34,565 bases of DNA, taken from positions 1-34,565 of the IMG/VR virus record IMGVR_UViG_2896595138_000002. One strand, 5' to 3'. The DNA comes from a virus. Taxonomy: Duplodnaviria; Heunggongvirae; Uroviricota; Caudoviricetes. Both the position numbers and the translations under genes were made by a program. Numbering within the stretch: the first letter of the stretch is position 1; each line of letters starts with the position of its first letter. Of this stretch, positions 1-10,115 are shown one piece after another. The notes beneath the pieces are model-generated. The model had not been told where the DNA came from. It was given only the letters and a program-made list of their open reading frames with translations, and did not search any database.

Positions 1-377
1 TTAACTGTCCGGTCCCGGAGAGTGGAAATACCCTTTTTCGGTGATTGTCAGAGAGACAATCGCGATTTGCGGTTCACACATCGCTGCCAACACGGTTTCT
101 AAGCCATCTATCTGTACGTGCAAGGCTTTTTTAACGACGCCAACGACGCGAGCCGTCCACACATCGGCCGACATTTCCGCAACGGTATAAAGATTATCTT
201 GCTGTTGTAAATCGGCAATTTGCTGTTCGCCGCCGATTAAGTTGACCTCATAATATCCCCAGTCACTGAAATGTTCTGTAGCAAGAATATCGGCATACAC
301 GCCCTGATGCGCACGGTGAAATGCACCAAAGCCTAAATGAACAATTCTTGGATTAAGGTGGTACAGATCCCCATCAT
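1..377 (-). CDS. ydfI: Mannitol/mannonate dehydrogenase-family oxidoreductase (YdfI/UxuB-like), N-terminal part; 3' end lies beyond window start
   Basis: ORF 1..300 plus upstream frame reads [16 protein letters not shown] (Rossmann motif of long-chain mannitol dehydrogenases). ATG-ATG at 377..372 is out of frame with the motif because the G-run is 4 long (plus-strand C-run 369..372). Confidence 0.7.
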
Positions 378-578
378 GGTGATGGTAATAAAGAGCACTT
401 TTTTACGCCCTATTCTGTCGCCCATTTTGCCGAAAATAAATGCTCCGACAATACGCGCCACATAACCTGCACCATAGGTTCCCATTGCCAGAATTAACGC
501 CATTGCCGTTGATGATTCAGGAAAAAATATTTCATGAAACACTAACGCTGCGCCGAGCGAATATAACTGGAAATCCAT
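333..578 (-). pseudogene. ydfJ: MFS (metabolite:H+ symporter, ProP-like) transporter remnant; internal N-terminal-half fragment only
   Basis: 81-aa ORF with the FFP...GxxGDRxGRKKxL signature of the TM2-TM3 loop. A stop lies 2 codons upstream of the first Met and the fragment ends about 30 bp before ydfI, so about 300 C-terminal codons are missing. Confidence 0.6.
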
Positions 579-1362
579 AATTCACAGGTATTTTTTCCCA
601 TCCTGTGGTTTCCTTGGCGTTTTCTAGTTTTTTTCAGATAGTTGCATTTTTTAAAAAGCATCCTAAGTTCGATCTCAGTGTCTATCTGGGGCCTATTTCT
701 GTCCCATATATGCCCCAAAAAAACTCCCCAACAGATAAGTAGTTTTTTCATGGATTTATGCGTAAAATCGATAATAGCTGGAAATAATTCAATACATGCA
801 CTCTCGAAAGTGCATCAGCCAGCCGCAGCACGTTCCTGCATAAGGCGTGCCTGCGGTTTTTCAACTATTCAGATACATCACTCCCATCACATTCATTCCT
901 CCGCATCAAAGGCATATAGGCTATATCACCTTGATATTTTTCTTTTTCAGATAAAAACTCTTATCTATGTATACTTTTAAACCCAATCCGTGTAGAGTCT
1001 CTGCATAAGATAGTTTGCAGTTGCCGCTTCAGCTTGCGCCATAAACCGCCTGATTTTTGCTGCCACCTGTTAGCATTCCTGTATACCTGAAACGACAATG
1101 TTTATCTACGAACTTTAAGAATACCCAAGATAAAAATTGTCAACTATATCATATATAACACATTACTAATTCGAGGCTATATGAACAGCATACTGATAAT
1201 CACATCTCTCCTTATCATATTCAGCATTTTTAGTCATGCCCTAATAAAATTAGGGATTGGCATATCCAATAACCCAGACAAAACCGATGTATAAGTCAAC
1301 ATATCCTGAATCAGACATACAATATCGCAATGAAAATCAATAATATTTTAAGGAATATCTTC

Positions 1363-1502
1363 ATGAAATCAAAAGACACCCTAAAGTGGTTCCCTGCGCA
1401 GCTTCCTGAAGTAAGAATTATCCTAGGGGATGCTGTAGTGGAAGTAGCAAAACAGGGAAGACCTATCAATACCAGAACATTGCTTGATTACATTGAAGGA
1501 AA
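1363..1502 (+). pseudogene. Small prophage protein (YdfK/YnaE-like), 3'-truncated at a deletion junction with the J gene
   Basis: ORF 1330..1635 begins MKSKDTLKWFPAQLPEV (from the internal Met) and loses protein-like character near 1502, where minus-strand J homology begins. Identity is from memory only. Confidence 0.4.
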
Positions 1503-3246
1503 CCGTCATCGTTCTCACGGATACTCACACAGCGGAACAGGCGCTGGCGCAACGTCGGCAACTTCAGCCCCCATACGCTGTATCCGGCAACGCCGTCAGG
1601 AACACGGCTCACTTTTACCTTCACGCCGTCGGTGACGGACTGAACCTCCACGCTGACCGGATTGCCACTTCCGTCAACCAGGCTTATCAGCCTGGTGCCG
1701 GAGGATGGCAGCGTGATTTCACGGTCGAGCGTCAGCGTCCGGGTCTGGCTGTTTACCGCCAGCACGCGCCCGCCGATGCTGATACCGGCATAGTCATCAT
1801 CGCAGATTTCAATGACATCACCCGGTACATGGCGAAGCCCTTCTGCGCCCACGCTGAAGTCCACGGTCTGCGTTTCCAGCAGTTCCGTTTTAATCAGCCA
1901 CAGCCCGGCGCGGTGTGCCTGCCCCCGGCTGGTACAGCCAAAGGCATCCATCTTCGTGACATTACGACCGTAACGGGCAATGGCCTGCGTATCTTCAACA
2001 AGCTCTGTCGCCGTCTCCCAGCCGTTGTTCGGGTCAATCCAGTTCACCTCAACGGCATTATGGCGGTCCTTCAGGGCGCTGAAGCTGTAGCGGAACGGCG
2101 CGCCATCATCCGGCATCACCACATTACTGCGGTTATAGGTCCACACCTTATCTGATGGTCGGTCCTGCACGAACGTCAGCGTCTGCCCGTTCCATACCGG
2201 CATACAGCGCATCGCCGAGCAGAAATCACTGAGCACATCCCACGCCTTACGCTGCGTGGTCAGCCAGGCATTACAGGTGATGCGCGGCTCCGTGCCGCCA
2301 AAACCGTCCGGCACCGACTGGTCGCAGTACTGGCCGATGACATACAGCGCCCATTTATCCACATCTGCCGCACCAAGACGTTTCCCCATGCCGTAGCGTG
2401 GATGGGTCAGCATATCCCACAGACACCAGGCCATGTTATTGCTGTATGCTGGCTTAAACGTTCCGTCCCAGATACCGCTGTATTGCCGCGTCTGCGGGTT
2501 ATAGTTCGACGGCACCTGCAGAATACGCCCGCGCAGATGATAATTACGGCTCACCTGCTGGCTGCCGAACTGCTCCGAATCCACCTGTACGCCGACCAGT
2601 GCCGTGTTCGGGTAGCACTGTTTCACATCGATGATTTCGGTGTATGACGACCAGAGCGTTTTGTTCTGCAGCTGGTCTGTGGTGCTGTCCGGCGTCATCC
2701 TGCGCATCCGGATATTGAACGGGCGCGGCGGCAGGTTACCCACCACCACCGATGCCAGATACTGTGAGGTGGTTTTGCCTTTAATGGTGATGTCTTTTTC
2801 CGTCACCCAGCCACCGTTACGCTGTATCTGAACCAGCAGGCGGACTTCCGACGGACTCCTGTCCCCCTTTGAGGTGGTTTCCACCAGTGCCTGCACACCG
2901 AAGGTCAGGCGCAGACGGTCGATATTTGCAGACGTGATGGTCCGGGTGATCGGCGTGTCATATTTCACTTCCGTACCCAGCACCGTCTCGGAGCCGGAGG
3001 ATTCAAATCCCTCCAGCGGAGTCTGCTCCTGCTCACCTGCCCGGAACACCACCGTGACGCCGGAGATATTGGTATTCCCCTCACTGTCCAGCACCGGCGT
3101 ACTGTTCAGCAGCACACTTTTTAATCCGTCCACCGGACCTTCAACCGGCCCTTCACTGATGACGTCTATCACGCTCAGCATCTGGGATGATTTCAGGTTG
3201 TCCTTCGCTTCGCGCGGGTATGCCCATTACTGCTACCTTTACCCAT
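1503..3246 (-). pseudogene. J: Lambda J-like tail tip / host-specificity protein, N-terminal ~580 codons only, with a frameshift near codon 10
   Basis: 571-aa ORF matches lambda gpJ N-terminus (LSVIDxISEGPxEGPVDGLKSVLLNSTPVLD...RCVSIRENDDG). The MGKGSSNGH start at 3246 is out of frame (GGG at 3216..3218 appears one base short). Homology ends at about 1503. Confidence 0.85.
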
Positions 3247-3306
3247 TCCTCACGCTCCATAAACGACAAAACCGCCCGGAGGCGGTTTCACATAAAACAT
3301 TTTGCA

Positions 3307-3954
3307 TCAACGACCAATCACCACAACCTGACCACCATCCCCTTCATCTGCCGTGCTGATCTCCTGAGAAACCACGCGTGACCCCACGCGCATTTCACCG
3401 TACAGAACAGGCAGAACATTGCCCTGGGCAACCATGTTATCCAGTGAGGAGAAATAGGTGTTCTGTTTGCCGTTATCTGTACTTGCTGCCGTGGGCGTCC
3501 TGGCTTTCGGTGCCAGCATCTGCGCCACTCCGCCCAGGATCATACTGGCCCCTGCCGCATACATGCCCGATACAGCCGCGGCACCCAGCCAGCCCACAGG
3601 GTTCCACCATGCCACCGCAATCAGCGCCGCCCCCAGCACCACCTGAAGCACACCGCCGCTTTTAGCTCCCGCCAGACGCGGCACGATGTGGATCACGGCA
3701 CCATTTGCCAGCGGCTCATTAAGACGGGCAGACAATTCGGTTTCACCTGCATCACGCCCGGCAATCCGTACCTGATACCAGCCGTCACTCAGTTTCTGAC
3801 GAAATGCCGGGACCTGTGTGGACAGCGCCCGGATGGCTTCAGCCCCCGTTTTTACACGAAGGTCGATGCGGCGGCCAAATCGTTGTAAATCCCCGTAAAG
3901 GCAGATGCGTGCCATGCCCGGTGACGCCAGAGGGAGTGTGTGCGTCGCTGCCAT
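3307..3954 (-). CDS. I: Lambda I-like tail assembly protein
   Basis: 215-aa ORF MAATHTLPLASPGMARICLYGDLQRFGRRIDLRV...GGQVVVIGR, gpI-like. Confidence 0.85.
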   Translation of the reverse strand: MAATHTLPLASPGMARICLYGDLQRFGRRIDLRVKTGAEAIRALSTQVPAFRQKLSDGWYQVRIAGRDAGETELSARLNEPLANGAVIHIVPRLAGAKSGGVLQVVLGAALIAVAWWNPVGWLGAAAVSGMYAAGASMILGGVAQMLAPKARTPTAASTDNGKQNTYFSSLDNMVAQGNVLPVLYGEMRVGSRVVSQEISTADEGDGGQVVVIGR

Positions 3955-4594
3955 TTGTCGGTATACCTCTCTCGTTTGCTCAGTTGTTCAGGAATATGGT
4001 GCAGCAGCTCGCCATCACCACAGTAAATGGCGGCATGATTCGGCACCGATGAACCAAAGCAGCACAGCAGCACGTCGCCAGGCTGCGCCTCTGTCAGTGC
4101 GACACGGTAAAAACCAGTCGCCTCCATATTGTCAAGATAGAGATTCTGACCGTTACGCCACCAGTCATCCCCGCGATGAAAATCCGGCATCTCAATCCCC
4201 GCCAGATGATAAGCATCCCGGAACAGCGTGTAACAGTCCGTCACCCCGTGCTCAAAGCGCCGCCCGGTGAGATGCGGCACACAGCGGAACTTGTGAATCG
4301 CCCCCCGGCAGACCAGCCACCACGGCAAATCACTCTGCACCTGCAGCCGCCGGTCAGCCTCACTCAGCCAGGGCAGACCACAGGGATGACTGTGGACCAG
4401 TGCCACAATCTCACCCTGCATCTCTGCCTGCAGCCAGTCTTCCGGCGACATCCGGAAATAATCCTCCGGCTCACCGGAAATATTCACGCAGGGAAAATAT
4501 CTTTCCCCTCCGGCGTGCTTACCACGAAGCCGCACGACTCCGCTGGCGCACATCGCCGGGCGTGCGCCAGAATCGCTGATTCTGTCTGTGTCAT
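3852..4594 (-). pseudogene. K: Lambda K-like tail assembly protein (JAB/MPN + NlpC/P60), frameshifted near codon 29
   Basis: MTQTESAILAHARRCAPAESCGFVVSTPEG from ATG at 4594 continues as GERYFPCVNISGEPE...HSHP... in another frame (ORF 3852..4637). The shift sits at a homopolymer, plus-strand C-run 4505..4508. Confidence 0.75.
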
Positions 4595-4599
4595 GGGAT

Positions 4600-6747
4600 T
4601 TACTGCGAAAGTTTGTTAATGGAAAGGAAGCCGCCAAAGTTGCCGACGTTATTGCGGAACTTACAACCGCTCAGGCATTTGCTGCATTTATCCTTCGTGA
4701 TATCGGACGTTGGCTGGTCATATTCATCCGCGACCGCCGGACCATGATAACCGCACTCATCGCCGCGATAGGTCCAGGTGCAGGTGTTGGCCAGCATGAT
4801 ACGTCCCGGAAAAACAGCGCCGTCCGTTTCCGTCGGCGTGGACAGTACAAAAGAGGCACTCACCGCGCTCAGTTCGCTGCACTGCTCAATGCGCCAGCGG
4901 CTGATCACCTCCTGCTCCGGATCGGCGTCACTGTTTCCGTTGACGAAGTTCACCGCATCCAGAAAACGGGCGTAAACCTTACGCCGGACCACCGTTCCGC
5001 CGACCAGACTCTGCAGATCTTCCGCCATCCCGGTGACCATACCGTACAGGTTAGAAACCGTCAGCGTGGGGCGCGTACTGGTGCCCTTGTCGCCAAGTGC
5101 AGCCAGCTGGTGTTTGTACTCCAGCGTCTCATCTTTATGCGCCAGCAGGGATTTCTCCTGTGCAGACAGCTGGCGACGTTGCGCCGCCTCCTCCAGTACC
5201 GCGAACTGACTCTCCGCCTTCCACAAATCCCGGCGCTGCTGGCTGATTTTCTCATTTGCTCCGGCATGCTTCTCCAGCGTCCGGAGTTCAGCCTGAAGCG
5301 TCAGCAGGGCAGCATGAGCACTGTCTTCCTGACGATCGCCCGCAGACACCTTCACGTCGAACTGTTTCGGCTTTTTCAGCGTCGCTTCATAATCCTTTTT
5401 CGCCGCCGCCATCAGCGTGTTGTAATCTGCCTGCAGAATTTTCCCGTCCTTCAGTGCCTTGTTCAGTTCTTCCTGACGGGCGGTATATTTCTCCAGCGGC
5501 GTCTGCAGGCGTTCATAAGCCTTCTGCGCCTCTTCGGTATATTTCAGCCGTGATGCCTCAGACTCGGCCCAGTCCTTTGCTGCCATCTCTCTGGCCTTTT
5601 CAAGATCGGCCTGCAACGTGCCGGCTGAAAGCCCAAGTTGCGCATTCGCTCTGTCCTCCCATGCTCCCCGGAGATTGGCAAGAAATGCGGATGTTTTACC
5701 GCGCCGGTGGCTCCGGCTCTGATACCACTGCCATTTTTTGTCCGCCTCATCAAAAGCCTTTTCTGCTTTCTCCAGCATTTCCCGGGCAGTGTCCGGGCGA
5801 CCAATATCCAGCACCGAATCCCACATGGATTTGAATGCCCGCGCTGTCCTGTCTGCCCAGGTCTCCAGCGTGCCCATGTTCTCTTTCAGGCGGCGGGTCA
5901 GGTCATCAAACCCTTTCGTTGCGGCCTCGTTCGCCGCCTGCAATGCCCCGGCTTCATCTCCGGAACGCTGCAACTGAGCAACATACGCAATCTGCTCCGC
6001 CGTCACGTTATGGAACTGACGTGCCATCGCTGTCAGTCCCGACGTCGGGTCTGTGGTCAGCTTCCCGAAGGCTTCAGCGACCTTGTCCACCTCCACGCCG
6101 GATGCAGAGGAGAAACGCGCCACACTCTGGCTGATCGCCTCAAACTGCTCACCACCACGCACACCTGCATTCACCAGCGCCGTCAGTGACTCGCTGGTCT
6201 GGTTAAACGTCAGCCCTGCCGCCTGCCCGGCTCTGGACAGGACCAGCATACGATCTGCCGTCAGTCCTGCCTGATTACCGGAAAGGACCAGCGTTTTATT
6301 GAAACTGGACAGGGTTGAGTCCCCCTGATACCAGGCATACGCCAGCGCACCGATCGCCACCGCCAGCGAGGTGGCCCCGACCATCGGCAGGGTGATCGCA
6401 CCGGCAAGCCCCCTGAACATGGGGATCATCCCGCCGAAGGAGTCCTTAACCTGACCACCCTGTTGCAGCAGGATCAGCCACGGACTTTGCCCGCCTGCAA
6501 GCTGCGTGGCCACGTCGGTGAACTGCGCAGGCAGCATACGCATGGCGGCTTTATACTGCCCGACGGAAATCCCCGCTTTCTGTGCAGCCAGCGCCTGTCG
6601 GCTCAGCGACTGTTCAACGACTGCCGCTGTTTTTTTCGCATCACTTTCCGTACCGGAAAAATGACGCCTGACTCTGGCCATCTGCTCGTCAAATCTGGCC
6701 GCATCCAGACTCAAATCAACGACCAGATCGCCTACCGGTTCAGCCAT
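4600..6747 (-). pseudogene. In-frame fusion of lambda H-like tape measure (N-terminal ~560 aa) to the C-terminal ~160 aa of lambda L-like tail protein
   Basis: 715-aa ORF: MAEPVGDLVVDLSLDAARFDEQMARVRRHF... (gpH) switches at ...LAALGDK|GTSTRPTLTVSNLYGMVTGMAED... to gpL C-terminus ending FGGFLSINKLSQ. H C-terminus, all of M and L N-terminus are absent. Confidence 0.8.
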
Positions 6748-7180
6748 ACCGGACTCCTCCTGCGATCCCTTCTGATACTGTCATCAGCATTACGTCATCC
6801 TCCGTCATATCCGCCACATCCGGGGAAGCGCGGATAACTTCATTCCCGTCCGGGCCAAAGCGGACGCCTCCGGCAAGCCCTGCCGCTTTCTGCATCAGCA
6901 CATCATCTTCAGGCTCTTCGTCAGCCTCGCGCCGGTTAAGCAGACTGAAATCCAGCGGATGCATATCCGGATCGCTGAAAAACAGGCTGAGGACGGTGTA
7001 TGTCAGCCCGGAAAAGTGCATATCCAGCAGAACATCATGAAAATAATGGGTACTGTAAAAGCGGTGCCAGTCGGCATACTCCGTGGATGACATCCCGGCA
7101 AGCATGGCACGCCAGTCGGGTCGCCCCATCTCACGCGCCAGTTTCAGGGCAAAACTCAGCTCACCGTCGAACACTTTCCC
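6740..7180 (-). CDS. T: T frame of the G-T tail assembly chaperone (reached by programmed -1 frameshift from G)
   Basis: ORF 6740..7174 (FDGELSFALKLAREMG...) overlaps the G 3' end and the H start. Confidence 0.75.
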   Translation of the reverse strand, partial: GKVFDGELSFALKLAREMGRPDWRAMLAGMSSTEYADWHRFYSTHYFHDVLLDMHFSGLTYTVLSLFFSDPDMHPLDFSLLNRREADEEPEDDVLMQKAAGLAGGVRFGPDGNEVIRASPDVADMTEDDVMLMTVSEGIAGGVRYG

Positions 7181-7578
7181 GCAGAAACAGGCTCTGCAGG
7201 CCCGGCGTCCTCTGTCTGTTCAGGAGCATCATTCACCACAAACTCAGACATTCCGGACAGACGTAACACCACGTTTTCAGCCTGAGCAATTGCCTCCGTG
7301 GGCCAGGTGGTAAGCACTTCCTGCTCAATCTGCGTAATGGCTTCATTCATGGACGGCAGCTTTGTCTTCTGTGGATGGTTATGCCACAGAGACATCGCCA
7401 CCAGAAACGCCCCGCCTCTGATAAGCTCCTCTACAGACACCTGCAGGTTGCCACTGGATTCAGCCTTTTTTTCCTGCTCTTTCAACCAGGCAAGATGCTC
7501 AATACGCTGCAGGGCTAACAGTTCAGAAAGCGTGACGGTCACACCGTTATGTTCAAATGATTCGGTTTTCAGGAACAT
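7156..7578 (-). CDS. G: Lambda G-like tail assembly chaperone
   Basis: 140-aa ORF MFLKTESFEHNGVTVTLSEL...GKCSTVS, gpG-like. Confidence 0.9.
   Translation of the reverse strand: MFLKTESFEHNGVTVTLSELLALQRIEHLAWLKEQEKKAESSGNLQVSVEELIRGGAFLVAMSLWHNHPQKTKLPSMNEAITQIEQEVLTTWPTEAIAQAENVVLRLSGMSEFVVNDAPEQTEDAGPAEPVSAGKCSTVS
7174..7180 (-). promoter_or_regulatory. Slippery heptamer GGGAAAG for the G-T programmed -1 ribosomal frameshift
   Basis: Minus-strand GCGGGAAAGTG at the G/T overlap. Confidence 0.7.
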
Positions 7579-7593
7579 CGCTGACTCTCCGGA

Positions 7594-8325
7594 TTAACGG
7601 GCGGTGACGTTGATTTCTGCAACCGCAGCAAGCTCACCATTACCGGATACGACCGGAATGTTGACCTTGCCTGCAGCAACACCTTTCACGGTGATGGTCA
7701 TACCACTGACCGACACGGTGGCTTTTGTTTTATCCGCAGACACCGCACGGAAGCTCTTGTCGGTTGCGCCTTCCGGCTGGAATGCCACGGTCAGCGTAGT
7801 GCTCTGTCCTTTCACCACCGAGGTGCTGGCAGGCGTCACGGTCATGCCGGTTGCCGCTGTTACCGTGCTGCGATCTTCTGCCATCGACGGACGTCCCACG
7901 TTGGTGACTTTCACCGTGCGGGTGATCACTTCCTTCGCCGTCACCGCCTTACCGATACTGCTGACCCAGCCGCGGAACACATCGACCGTGCCGTTCGGGA
8001 AGCGGATTTTATAGGCACGGGTATCACCTTCATTAAACCACGCCAGCAGCGCCTGCTCTCCGGGCATCCACGCCAGCGTGAAGCTGGTATCTCCGGCAGA
8101 TTTCTGCCCCTGTCCGGTCGCGGCCCAGTCCGCATCTTCATCATCGAGATAACTGTCGTCATAGGACTCAGCGGTCAGTTCGCCGGGCGTCAGGTCTTTA
8201 ACCTTTGCCAGACGCGACCAGTCATTGTCTGAAAGCGGGTTTGCATAAGGGTCGCCGCTCCCGTTATAAACCCACAGGGTGGTCCCGGCCCCTTTCACCG
8301 GTGCCAGAGGATTTGGTGTTGGCAT
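7594..8325 (-). CDS. V: Lambda V-like major tail protein
   Basis: [33 protein letters not shown]... with a C-terminal Ig-like region; start taken at the internal Met of ORF 7594..8355. Confidence 0.9.
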   Translation of the reverse strand: MPTPNPLAPVKGAGTTLWVYNGSGDPYANPLSDNDWSRLAKVKDLTPGELTAESYDDSYLDDEDADWAATGQGQKSAGDTSFTLAWMPGEQALLAWFNEGDTRAYKIRFPNGTVDVFRGWVSSIGKAVTAKEVITRTVKVTNVGRPSMAEDRSTVTAATGMTVTPASTSVVKGQSTTLTVAFQPEGATDKSFRAVSADKTKATVSVSGMTITVKGVAAGKVNIPVVSGNGELAAVAEINVTAR

Positions 8326-8332
8326 ATCGTCC

Positions 8333-8728
8333 TCACATTTCATAGGTAATGACATAAGTCAGATCGGCTGAACTCCACAGGCCCGCATCATCGTCGCGCC
8401 GGTAGTCATAGCCGCTGGCCACCATACTGGTGATCAAATCTGACAGTGCCGGGATATCACTCATCACCGGATAAATCCGGGACTCCATCCACGCATCCAG
8501 CTCTGAATCCGACACCTGAGCAGGCAGGAAAACTTCGATATGCAGCTCCGCCTGCCAGGTATCGCTGTCCAGCTCTTCGCCCGTGTATTCAGCGCCGGTG
8601 AGATAAACGGCAACTGCCGGAAAATCCGCCTCATCAAAAACAGCGGGGCGACCATCAAAAAACGTCGCCCCGGTGTCATGCTTCTCCAGTGCATCCAGTA
8701 CGGCTGCACGGAGTTCAGTATGTTTCAT
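8333..8728 (-). CDS. U: Lambda U-like tail terminator protein
   Basis: 131-aa [36 protein letters not shown]... Confidence 0.9.
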   Translation of the reverse strand: MKHTELRAAVLDALEKHDTGATFFDGRPAVFDEADFPAVAVYLTGAEYTGEELDSDTWQAELHIEVFLPAQVSDSELDAWMESRIYPVMSDIPALSDLITSMVASGYDYRRDDDAGLWSSADLTYVITYEM

Positions 8729-8754
8729 CGCTTTATTACCATCCTCAGTTGATG

Positions 8755-9302
8755 CTACAGCGCATAGTCCAGCGCTTTCGGAAGACGTTCACGCCGTATC
8801 CGCTCAATATTCTGTTTAAACGCCGTGGTCAGCGGCACCGCCATCGGGATTTTCACCACATCAATGGGGTAACGGTTTTTCCCGGCCACACGCTGCATGA
8901 CATGCCACCGGCCATTTTTCAGTTGCTGAATAAACGCGCCGGGAATACGACGGTTTCCCACCACAAGCACGCTGCCGCCACCTTTCAGGGCTGAACGCTG
9001 CCCCTTTTTACGACGCCTGCGTCGGGACAGGACAATCCGCGCGTTAACCAGCCTGATTACGGGCAAATCCCCCGGTTAACTTTGATTCTGGCCTGCGGAT
9101 TTTTTACCGTGGCCCTTTTCAGCCTGGCCCTTTCCTTTACCAGTTTCCGGCGTACCTTTGTCTCACGGGCAACCTGTGACGCCGACTGCGATATCGCGGA
9201 TGAAGCAACGCGGTTAATGGCCATTGCGGCGGCACCAGGCACCGCCGTTTTGCTGATACGGCTGAGGTTTTCAACGGCCTGCTCAAGACCTTTTATGGCC
9301 AT
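8755..9302 (-). pseudogene. Z: Lambda Z-like tail completion protein, split by a frameshift
   Basis: ORF 9057..9302 (MAIKGLEQAVENLSRISK...KVNRGICP*) and ORF 8755..9066 (PVIRLVNARIVLSRRRRRKKGQRS...) are the two halves of gpZ. The shift is in the G-run at plus-strand C5 9069..9073. Confidence 0.8.
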
Positions 9303-9313
9303 ACATCCCCCTT

Positions 9314-9667
9314 TCAGCGGCGACGGTTAACGGCAGGCGGTACGCCCCGCCCAAGCCAGAGATGACAGCTTCCACCATCATCCGGCGAAACCCGGTCTAT
9401 CCAGAAGTTTTCCTCACCGATGGTCAGCGTGTCTCCACGCCGCAGTTGCCGCACATCATCAGTCCGGACAAACAGGGACGGGCTGGAGCCTTCAACGCGC
9501 ACGCCCTGTCCGGCATAGCTGATATTTTCAGGGTCATCAAAAACACCACGTATTACTGCGCCGGACTGCTCACCGGATGTCATGGTAGCTGACGTTCCCA
9601 TGTACCCGCGTATCGTTTCATCGGCGCGGGCAATGGCAGCATCGAACAGGTTATCGAAATCAGCCAC
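9314..9667 (-). CDS. FII: Lambda FII-like head-tail connector protein
   Basis: 117-aa ORF MADFDNLFDAAIARADETIRGYMGTSAT... Confidence 0.9.
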   Translation of the reverse strand: MADFDNLFDAAIARADETIRGYMGTSATMTSGEQSGAVIRGVFDDPENISYAGQGVRVEGSSPSLFVRTDDVRQLRRGDTLTIGEENFWIDRVSPDDGGSCHLWLGRGVPPAVNRRR

Positions 9668-9678
9668 AGCGCCTCCCG

Positions 9679-10074
9679 TTATTGCATTCTGGCCAGGCCA
9701 CGTTCTGTCATTTCGGCTGCCACACCGGCAGAGACACGAAACGCCGTTCCCGGCAGCACAAATGCCACAGGTTCATCCCGCGTGGCGTGAAGTGCATCGG
9801 TATGCAGCGTCACCAGTGCCACGACCGTGACCAGAGCAGCCGTATCAGTCACGGTATCCGTCTGTTCTGATACCACCTCATTTTTATGTCCGGTCAGCGC
9901 ATTTTCCGGGCTGACAGACGTGTCCTGACCGGCTGCGTCATCCGTGTCATCAAGCTCCTCTTCCAGCTCTGCCACACGGAGCGCCAGTTCTTCTTTCGTC
10001 CCCGTCAGGCTGACATCACGGTTCAGTTGCTCACCCAGCACCTGAAGACGGGCAATCAGTTCATCTTTCGTCAT
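9679..10074 (-). CDS. FI: Lambda FI-like DNA packaging protein
   Basis: MTKDELIARLQVLGEQLNRDVSLTGTKEELALRVAELEEELDD...; start at the internal Met of ORF 9679..10113. Confidence 0.85.
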   Translation of the reverse strand: MTKDELIARLQVLGEQLNRDVSLTGTKEELALRVAELEEELDDTDDAAGQDTSVSPENALTGHKNEVVSEQTDTVTDTAALVTVVALVTLHTDALHATRDEPVAFVLPGTAFRVSAGVAAEMTERGLARMQ

Positions 10075-10115
10075 GGACTCCTCCACAGAGAGAAAATGGC
10101 CCCGAAGGGCCATGA

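Noticed and set aside
642-980. 112-aa plus-strand ORF in the AT-rich junction between ydfJ' and the ydfK-like gene
   Set aside because: Low-complexity composition, no RBS, inside what is probably the prophage attachment junction; judged non-coding.
1484-2155. Plus-strand ORFs antisense to J and other structural genes (e.g. 1484..2155, 4588..5553, 5256..5834, 10308..11018, 12180..12629)
   Set aside because: They lie opposite genes with clear lambda homology, are GC-skewed and Arg/Ala/Pro-rich with no start context; typical antisense artefacts of high-GC coding DNA.
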